64,000 nt of DNA, taken from the NCBI GenBank assembly GCA_965231215.1, contig OZ246423.1, forward strand, positions 608,001 through 672,000, written 5' to 3'. Made by a program: the position numbers and the translations under genes. The notes beneath the pieces were generated by a model. The model worked only from the letters and a program-made list of their open reading frames with translations. It was not told the DNA's origin and made no database searches. Position 1 is the first letter of the stretch; each line of letters starts with the position of its first letter. The stretch comes from Candidatus Altimarinota bacterium. GTDB taxonomy: Bacteria; Patescibacteriota; Gracilibacteria; UBA4473. Below are positions 57,686-64,000 of the stretch, piece by piece.

Positions 57686-58531
57686 ATGAATTCCACGCTC
57701 AACGACTTCGACTTGCAATATGCCCGAATTCTGAGAGAAATTTTAGACTACGGTATTGAGGAAAAAAACGAGCGCACCGGCCATATTTGTAAATCACTGC
57801 CTGGAATGCAGATGAAGTTCAATCTAGCGGACGGATTTCCGCTTTTAACACTCCGAAAAATTCCACTAAAGGTCTTTATTGCTGAACAGATGTGGTTTTT
57901 GATGGGACAAAAAAACCTGGCATTTCTTCAGCGATTTACCAAAATTTGGGACGATTTTGCTGAGGCAAATAACTGTGTGGAATCGGCTTATGGCTATCGA
58001 TGGCGGAAACACTTCGGAAGAGACCAAATAGACGGACTGGTAAAACTACTTAAAGAAGATCCTACCTCGCGTCATGGAGTTATCCTTATGTGGGATCCGG
58101 CCGATGATGGATTAGCTTCTGGTACTAAAAAGAAAAACGTACCATGCCCCTATACTTTTACCGTCCAGATTATTGGAGGAAAACTCTGTTTACATCTAGT
58201 GCTCAGGTCTAACGATATGATGTTAGGCAACCCGCACGATGTAGCTGGATTTGGATTAATGGCTCATTTTTTAGCTGAAAAGTTAGGCGTCAATGTGGGA
58301 TGGTTAACGGTTTCTATCTCCAATGCTCATATCTATGACATTCACTTTGATAATGCTAAAGAAATTGTATCTCGAGATATAACCCACAAACCGATAAATT
58401 TTCAATGCCCGAAGGGAAGTTTTGACCGAGCTGAAAATGGAGACGAAGCGTTAGTAGAAGAAATCTTTGCAGCCTTTAAAGCAGAATACGATCCACAAGA
58501 AAGCCTTGGAAGAATGAAGATTGTGTTGTAG
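57686..58531 (+). CDS. thyA: Thymidylate synthase
   Basis: ERTG, GFPLLT.RK, YGYRWR, DQI, PC, RSND..LG.P.D, AHIY. Confidence 0.95.
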   Translation: MNSTLNDFDLQYARILREILDYGIEEKNERTGHICKSLPGMQMKFNLADGFPLLTLRKIPLKVFIAEQMWFLMGQKNLAFLQRFTKIWDDFAEANNCVESAYGYRWRKHFGRDQIDGLVKLLKEDPTSRHGVILMWDPADDGLASGTKKKNVPCPYTFTVQIIGGKLCLHLVLRSNDMMLGNPHDVAGFGLMAHFLAEKLGVNVGWLTVSISNAHIYDIHFDNAKEIVSRDITHKPINFQCPKGSFDRAENGDEALVEEIFAAFKAEYDPQESLGRMKIVL

Positions 58532-58542
58532 TTTGAAGTCGA

Positions 58543-59046
58543 ATGAAGGTAATTCTCTTAATGGCTATCACGTTAGATGGGAAAATTGCTAAAGATAGCG
58601 ATCATTTTCCTGATTGGACGGGAAAGAGCGATAAAAAGTTTTTTATGCAACGCACCAAGCAGGCAGGGTGTTTGGTGATGGGATCAAAAACCTATGACAC
58701 CATTGGACGGCCACTTCCAGAACGGAAAAACATTATTATGACTCGCAAGGATCGAGTTTCAGAGTCTGACAATTTGGTGTTCACAAACGATACTCCACAG
58801 CAAATAATTGATCAGTGTAACGAAGAAGGATACACAGAAATCATCCTGGCTGGAGGGGCTCAGATAAATACTTTATGGGCTCAACAAAATTTAATAGACG
58901 AAATTATTCTCACTATTTCGCCTCTCATTTTTGGAGAAGGAATTTCACTTTTTGCTGACAGAGTTGAGCTTAATTTGGAACTGCACGAATTGACAACGCT
59001 GGAGGATAATTTAATCTGCGTACACTACAAAGTAAAGAAATGCTAA
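58543..59046 (+). CDS. folA: Dihydrofolate reductase
   Basis: D...F...T, VMG.KTY.TIGRPLP.RKNI, GGAQI. Adjacent to thyA. Confidence 0.85.
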   Translation: MKVILLMAITLDGKIAKDSDHFPDWTGKSDKKFFMQRTKQAGCLVMGSKTYDTIGRPLPERKNIIMTRKDRVSESDNLVFTNDTPQQIIDQCNEEGYTEIILAGGAQINTLWAQQNLIDEIILTISPLIFGEGISLFADRVELNLELHELTTLEDNLICVHYKVKKC

Positions 59047-59091
59047 AAACGATGAATTTCTTGTTTTTGAGACATTTCCCTCAATCAAAAT

Positions 59092-59742
59092 ATGATTTTG
59101 ACCCGACACGAAATTCGAGATTTAGTGGAAAAAGGTGACCTCACTTTTGAACCCCAGCTTGATAAATTTCAAAACCAGCCACATGCGGTAGATTTACGAC
59201 TGGGAACGGTCTTTTATATTCCTAAAATTTGGAAAATGACAGACCGAGGGAGAGAAATTGTAACCGTTGATGTAACCGAAACCGCTGGAGACAACTATGA
59301 AAAAATTGAACTCAAGCCAGGGCAGTGTTTTGATCTAGCACCAGGCGAATCAATCATTGCCTCAACGCTAGAAAAAGTGTGCATAGAAGCTCCGGATCTT
59401 ATGGGAATTTTGTATCCTCGGAGTTCAATCAACCGTCGGGGCCTTTCGGTAGACTTAACGGGAATTATCGACACATTTTATTGCGGAAATTTGATGATTC
59501 CTATCCTCAATAAAACTTCTTCACAAATTATTAGAATTTATCCTGGAGAAAGAATCTGTCAGGTGGTTTTTCATAAACTCACCCAATCCCTGACAAAACA
59601 AGAAGCCATGATTCATGGCAAGGTAGCCGCTAAGTATAATGAATGTAATGGACATAATTTGGTTTCCAAGAAAGATGCAGAAGAGGAAATTACTTACATT
59701 AAAGCAGGAAATCTCAAGGGGCTTAAATCTCATGAGTATTGA
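59092..59742 (+). CDS. dcd: dCTP deaminase
   Basis: QP.AVDLRLG, TLE.V, RSS..R.GL, ID..Y.G, YPGERICQ. Confidence 0.9.
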   Translation: MILTRHEIRDLVEKGDLTFEPQLDKFQNQPHAVDLRLGTVFYIPKIWKMTDRGREIVTVDVTETAGDNYEKIELKPGQCFDLAPGESIIASTLEKVCIEAPDLMGILYPRSSINRRGLSVDLTGIIDTFYCGNLMIPILNKTSSQIIRIYPGERICQVVFHKLTQSLTKQEAMIHGKVAAKYNECNGHNLVSKKDAEEEITYIKAGNLKGLKSHEY

Positions 59743-59775
59743 TTATTCGTACCTCATCAGAGATAATAGAGGCTG

Positions 59776-60582
59776 ATGTATTGGGAAATTTTTGGGCACG
59801 AATATTTTTGGCTTAGCTTTTTACCAATCTCTTTTTTAGGGGTTGGGTTTTGGTTGCTGTTTTTTGATAGAGCGAGAAGCAAAAAGGCCCCGCTTCAGTT
59901 TTTGTTTTTTGCGCTTGGAGCCGGCTTTCTTTCAACCGTTTTGTTCATGATTTTTGCAGAAAGCCTCTATATTACAAACCCTTGGGGACTTATTTTTTGG
60001 GAAGAATTTTTTAAAGTAATTATGGCTATTTTAGCGATGGAAATATTTAAAAAACGGTTTGATACTATCGCCGGAGGAGTGGTATATGGTTTTGCAGTAG
60101 GACTTGGATTTGCTCTTGCAGAAAATTTAGTTTACCTCTCACGCATCCATGATATAAGCCAATTTGGAGACACTTTTTGGCTTGCTTTTCAGGGAAGGTT
60201 TTGGAGTTCCACCATTATTCATGGGGTTACCATGGCGGTATTTGGCCTCTTTTATGCTTCGGCCTATCTTTCCCAGACCATTGCCAAAAAAGATCATGAA
60301 TCCCCTTTGACTGTATTTTTTAAGCCTCCAAATGTGGAACAAATATGGCACATTTTTTCACTTCATGTGACGCGTGAGCATTTGCTTTTTCAGCACTTCA
60401 AAGACCTAAATGGGCACTCGGCTAGAGCCGTTATTTTGGAAGGCTTTTTAGTCGCACTCCTTATTCACGGCACCTTTAATTTTGCTATAGAAAAATCTTA
60501 CCCAGAAATTTCCATTCTTTTAGCACTCAGCACCATGTGGTGGTTGCGAGTAAAAGTTGAAAAGGTTTCTTCACCATTATAA
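59776..60582 (+). CDS. PrsW-family intramembrane protease (second paralog)
   Basis: EEFFK, GLGFALAEN, H, HGTFN. Confidence 0.85.
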   Translation: MYWEIFGHEYFWLSFLPISFLGVGFWLLFFDRARSKKAPLQFLFFALGAGFLSTVLFMIFAESLYITNPWGLIFWEEFFKVIMAILAMEIFKKRFDTIAGGVVYGFAVGLGFALAENLVYLSRIHDISQFGDTFWLAFQGRFWSSTIIHGVTMAVFGLFYASAYLSQTIAKKDHESPLTVFFKPPNVEQIWHIFSLHVTREHLLFQHFKDLNGHSARAVILEGFLVALLIHGTFNFAIEKSYPEISILLALSTMWWLRVKVEKVSSPL

Positions 60583-60628
60583 AAACACCCCTTTTTGGGT
60601 TTATGGTAGAGACACTCCTTATGAGTTT

Positions 60629-61240
60629 TTAGACGCCTCCAGTCTTGTACCATTCTTCAGCTTGATCCCAGTTAACCACATTCCAGAAAGCGTTAATATA
60701 ATCTGGTCTCCGGTTTTGGTACTTGAGGTAATAGGCATGCTCCCACACATCTAATCCCAAAACACGAGTATATCCTTCAGAAAGAGGTGAATCTTGATTT
60801 GCGGTAGAAATTACTTTTAAGGCCTGGTCTCCATCTAAAACTAACCAGGCCCAACCAGAACCAAACCGGCTGGCTGCGGCATTGTTAAATTCAGATTTAA
60901 GATTTTCTAAGCTTCCAAAAGTAGCTTCTATAGCCGCTTTAAGACTCCCAACAGGCTCAGGGCTCCCGCCTGGAGCGATGATAAACCAGAAGAAGTTATG
61001 ATTACAAAAGCCTCCAACATTGTTTTGAGCTGCCGCTTGGAGGTTAATTGGGAGTTGATCTAGATTTCGCAAAATATCACAAGGGGGTTTCCCTTCCCAC
61101 TCGGTGCCAGTTAGCGCTGCATTGGCTTTATCACAATAGGCTTGGTGATGTTTTGAGTGATGGATTTCCATTGTTTGGGCATCAAAGTGAGGTTCTAATG
61201 CGTCATAAGGATACGAAAGTGGATCCACAGAATAGGGCAT
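60629..61240 (-). CDS. Fe/Mn superoxide dismutase
   Basis: YDALEPH, HHSKHH, NH.FFW, FGSGWAWL, DVWEHAYY. Confidence 0.96.
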   Translation of the reverse strand: MPYSVDPLSYPYDALEPHFDAQTMEIHHSKHHQAYCDKANAALTGTEWEGKPPCDILRNLDQLPINLQAAAQNNVGGFCNHNFFWFIIAPGGSPEPVGSLKAAIEATFGSLENLKSEFNNAAASRFGSGWAWLVLDGDQALKVISTANQDSPLSEGYTRVLGLDVWEHAYYLKYQNRRPDYINAFWNVVNWDQAEEWYKTGGV

Positions 61241-61332
61241 AGTTTTTAGGAGTTAAAGTACAAATAAATGTTAGGGGTTTAACAAAAAGATGGAAGTTGA
61301 CAAATTTGACCAAAATATTTATTAGTTACCTA

Positions 61333-61682
61333 ATGAAACCTGAAATTGTTGCTCAAATTAAGACTCTAGCAGAAGAGGCTACGAGGACATTAGAAGTGAG
61401 TGAAGAGGCTTTGCTTGCTTTTTTAATCAATGTTTCACTGCTTCATAAAGTTACAGATAAATCCAGTTTATGTGAGAAACAATTATTGGAATTGATAACC
61501 GCCACCCTGAAAAGACTTGAAGAAATGAAAAAATTAGAACTCCAAAGGGGGACCAACCAACAGATAGAAGCATAGCAGGTAATGAGGTTCTGTTTGGCGA
61601 GCATGCAGCGCCAGTTATCAAATTTGTTAATAGCGTCATAGCGGTGCTTCAGGCTGAAATAGAGAGCTCTGCTAAAAATTAA
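61333..61682 (+). pseudogene. Frameshifted hypothetical gene
   Basis: Frame 0 stops at 61575. The -1 frame is open from ~61521 to TAA 61682, which interlocks with the recA stop. Confidence 0.5.
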
Positions 61683-62677
61683 ATAGCCGCTTTTTCCCGA
61701 ATAAGCCCGTCAATCTCGGCGGCTAAATCTGGATTAGCTTTTAAGAAATCCACAGATTTGGCTTTTCCTTGTCCAAGCTTGGTATCTAAATAGCTGTAGA
61801 AAGATCCAGATTTTTGAATGATGTTTAGCTGCACACCCACTTCAAGCAGGTCTCCCATTTTGGAAATACCTTCGTTGAACAGGATATCAACGGTGGAGGT
61901 TTTAAATGGGGGGGCTACTTTGTTTTTAACCACTTTGATTCGGGCTTCGTTTCCATGAGCCTCTTTGGCGTCACCGGTTCCCGCTTCAAGCTTGGCTCCT
62001 TTACGGATTTCCATTCGCACAGAAGCGTAGAATTTAAGGGCGTTCCCTCCAGTGGTGGTTTCTGGGTTTCCAAACATCACTCCAATTTTCATTCGAATTT
62101 GATTGATGAAAATAATAGTCGTCCCCATTTTGTTGGCGGTGGCGGTAAGTTTCCGCAAGGCTTGACTCATAAGGCGTGCTTGCAGCCCCATGTGTGAGTC
62201 TCCCATTTCTCCTTCGATTTCGGCACGAGGGGTGAGGGCGGCTACTGAGTCTACAATAATAAGATCTACACCTCCCGACCGCACTAAAGCTTCAGTGATG
62301 TCTAGGGCCTGCTCTCCTGAGTCTGGCTGAGAAAGCAGAAGGTTTTCTACATCTACCCCAACTTTTTCAGCATATTCGGGGTCAAGCGCATGCTCAGCAT
62401 CGACAAAGGCGACGGTCCCCCCGGCTTTTTGAAATTCCGCCACAGCGTGTAAACACAGGGTCGTTTTACCAGAAGATTCTGGGCCATAGATTTCAATAAT
62501 TCTTCCCTTGGGATAGCCTCCCCCCAAGGCCATGTCTATAGAGATGGCTCCAGAAGAAACGGTTTCAATTTTTTGTTGTTCATGGTCTCCCATTCTCATA
62601 ACGGCCCCTTTCCCAAAGTTTTTTTCAATTTGAGCGAGAGCTGATTTTAATGCTTCCTGTTTGGCGGTGTCTGACAT
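61679..62677 (-). CDS. recA: Recombinase A
   Basis: [43 protein letters not shown]. Confidence 0.99.
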   Translation of the reverse strand: MSDTAKQEALKSALAQIEKNFGKGAVMRMGDHEQQKIETVSSGAISIDMALGGGYPKGRIIEIYGPESSGKTTLCLHAVAEFQKAGGTVAFVDAEHALDPEYAEKVGVDVENLLLSQPDSGEQALDITEALVRSGGVDLIIVDSVAALTPRAEIEGEMGDSHMGLQARLMSQALRKLTATANKMGTTIIFINQIRMKIGVMFGNPETTTGGNALKFYASVRMEIRKGAKLEAGTGDAKEAHGNEARIKVVKNKVAPPFKTSTVDILFNEGISKMGDLLEVGVQLNIIQKSGSFYSYLDTKLGQGKAKSVDFLKANPDLAAEIDGLIREKAAI

Positions 62678-62714
62678 TTTAATATTGATTAGTAATTAAT
62701 AGTGTATAAAAGTT

Positions 62715-62855
62715 TTAGTTTCTTACCAAGCTTTGGTAGGCAAATCCACTAGTGCTGAATTGGCGCTCTTTCTTAGGGAGTCTTATTTTTTTACGAGGAG
62801 ACTGAAGCAATCTTCCTGTCGTTTTAATTCGAGTTGGTCTATAGGTAAAAATCAT
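62715..62855 (-). CDS. Possible small basic protein between lexA and recA (46 aa)
   Basis: MIFTYRPTRIKTTGRLLQSPRKKIRLPKKERQFSTSGFAYQSLVRN*. Starts 3 nt after the lexA stop. Confidence 0.3.
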   Translation of the reverse strand: MIFTYRPTRIKTTGRLLQSPRKKIRLPKKERQFSTSGFAYQSLVRN

Positions 62856-62858
62856 CGT

Positions 62859-63482
62859 TTAAAGGTTAGAAAATGACCGAACCACTACTCCCTGAATGAG
62901 GAAGTCATCGGTAAGGATAATAGGTTTATGAATGGGGTTTGTGGAACAGGGTTTTAGGATTACAATATCTTGTTCTGGGAGATATTTTTTGATAGTCGCA
63001 CTATCATCAATCAGCGCTAACACAAGGTCCCCAGGTTTGGCGGTATTTTGCTGCCGAATAAGTACCAGGTCTCCATCACCAATGCCTGCTTTGTCCATAG
63101 AGTCACCGGTAATTCGGAGAAAGAAGTATTGGCTAGCAGCGGGAGCCAGTTTGTGACTAATTTTGTAATAGGCCTCAATATTTTCCTCGGCAAAAATAGG
63201 ACCACTACAAGAAGTCACCCCTACCAAAGGAACTTCAACGGTGCTGGTTTGATCCCCTTGGGGGAGCCCCCCTTCATTGAATTGAAGCTTCCCTTGAGCA
63301 TTACGACTGAGCACACCCTTACCTACGAGTTTTTCAAACATTACGGAGGCAGATCGTGGAGACTTGTATTCCATGATTTCCATTAAGGCTCTTACTGAGG
63401 GCATTTTTCCGTGTTGATTTAAATAAGAACGGATGCACTGCACAGCTTTGGCCTCTTTGGAATCGAGAGTTTGAATGCTCAT
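62859..63482 (-). CDS. lexA: LexA repressor
   Basis: PSVR.L HTH, VPLVG..SCSG cleavage region, GDSM (Ser), TIKK (Lys). Upstream of recA. Confidence 0.88.
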   Translation of the reverse strand: MSIQTLDSKEAKAVQCIRSYLNQHGKMPSVRALMEIMEYKSPRSASVMFEKLVGKGVLSRNAQGKLQFNEGGLPQGDQTSTVEVPLVGVTSCSGPIFAEENIEAYYKISHKLAPAASQYFFLRITGDSMDKAGIGDGDLVLIRQQNTAKPGDLVLALIDDSATIKKYLPEQDIVILKPCSTNPIHKPIILTDDFLIQGVVVRSFSNL

Positions 63483-63483
63483 T

Positions 63484-63520
63484 GCATACAGAAGTATACA
63501 CTTAGCATACACTCAGTCAA
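63484..63520 (-). promoter_or_regulatory. lexA promoter overlapped by TGTATRC repeats (candidate operator)
   Basis: TTGACT-16-TATACT with three TGTATRC copies 10-11 nt apart. Confidence 0.55.
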
Positions 63521-63586
63521 ATGTTTTTTTATAAAACCTAAAAAATCCTTTCTATGAAAAGGATTTAGAGTGTATACACTTTTGGG

Positions 63587-64000
63587 TTATTTTAGCTTTT
63601 GCTCTACAATCCAGAATAAATCTTCTACATTTAGGCTAATAAAGCTTTGGGGTATTTGCATTTCAAATTGATATAAGTTGGCATTTTTCTTTCGAAGTTT
63701 TTCAACCCATCCAACAGAAGATTGAAATCTCTCTGGATGCTTAACATTAAATCCAAAAAACCATTGGTTCCCAATTTCCATCACTCCATAGTCACTTATT
63801 TCTGACCACGGAACAAAACCACATTTTAATAAAGATGATTGATCATCAATTCCTTGGGCACTAATAATTAAGCTCGGTTGTTGACTGAACATTTTTTTGA
63901 GTACAAAAAAGGCAGCTGGCCCAAAAAAAAGTAGACAAATTATACCTACACCAAACATAACGTAGTCTTTTTCAGTCCATCCTGCATAAAAAAGGATAGT
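63587..64000 (-). CDS. STM3941-like membrane protein, start outside the window
   Basis: Frame is open to the window edge. TM, then P.LII...GI.D.SS...G.VPW.EI. Confidence 0.7.
   Translation of the reverse strand, partial: TILFYAGWTEKDYVMFGVGIICLLFFGPAAFFVLKKMFSQQPSLIISAQGIDDQSSLLKCGFVPWSEISDYGVMEIGNQWFFGFNVKHPERFQSSVGWVEKLRKKNANLYQFEMQIPQSFISLNVEDLFWIVEQKLK

Noticed and set aside
1-64000. UGA-to-Gly recoding (code 25), as in some Gracilibacteria
   Set aside because: Conserved genes are intact under code 11, and trpB, serB and thrS end in TGA at their expected C-termini with ATGA overlaps.
1-64000. CRISPR arrays, IS elements, prophage, rRNA or tRNA genes
   Set aside because: No repeat-spacer periodicity, transposase or integrase motifs, or RNA gene signatures were seen by eye.

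Overview
A 64-kb, gene-dense, AT-rich bacterial chromosomal segment. It is probably from a Patescibacteria/CPR organism, possibly a Gracilibacteria/Peregrinibacteria-like lineage (inferred from an SLH S-layer gene, a sigma70-r4/HTH fusion, an Arg-tipped EF-P and the lack of Shine-Dalgarno motifs). UGA behaves as a stop (ATGA gene overlaps), so code 11 applies. The window holds housekeeping genes (aspS, thrS, mnmA, trmB, tsaD, efp, grpE, rny, rnj, gap, rpsL, rpsG, rpoC, recA, lexA) and a notably rich biosynthetic set (aroD, trpC/F/B/A, serB/A/C, glyA, guaB, purB, folK/folE/folA, thyA, dcd). The most interesting signal is five tiny upstream ORFs missed by the ORF track, each followed by a terminator-like hairpin. 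(i) Two leaders share the peptide RPSGKGRKE[I/V]-stop, with R-P-S written in different synonymous codons, upstream of serA and glyA. (ii) Two Met-rich leaders with a covarying hairpin precede a methyltransferase and a flavoprotein + MsrC-like GAF gene pair. (iii) A Thr-rich leader precedes thrS. Together they suggest a leader-peptide attenuation network that includes Met- and Ser/Gly-type sensors I do not recognise as described classes. Also noted: structured leaders on rny, rnj, rpoC and the S-layer gene, a candidate oriC, a candidate LexA operator, small ORFs and two broken genes. All calls were made by eye from motifs; no searches or folding programs were run.
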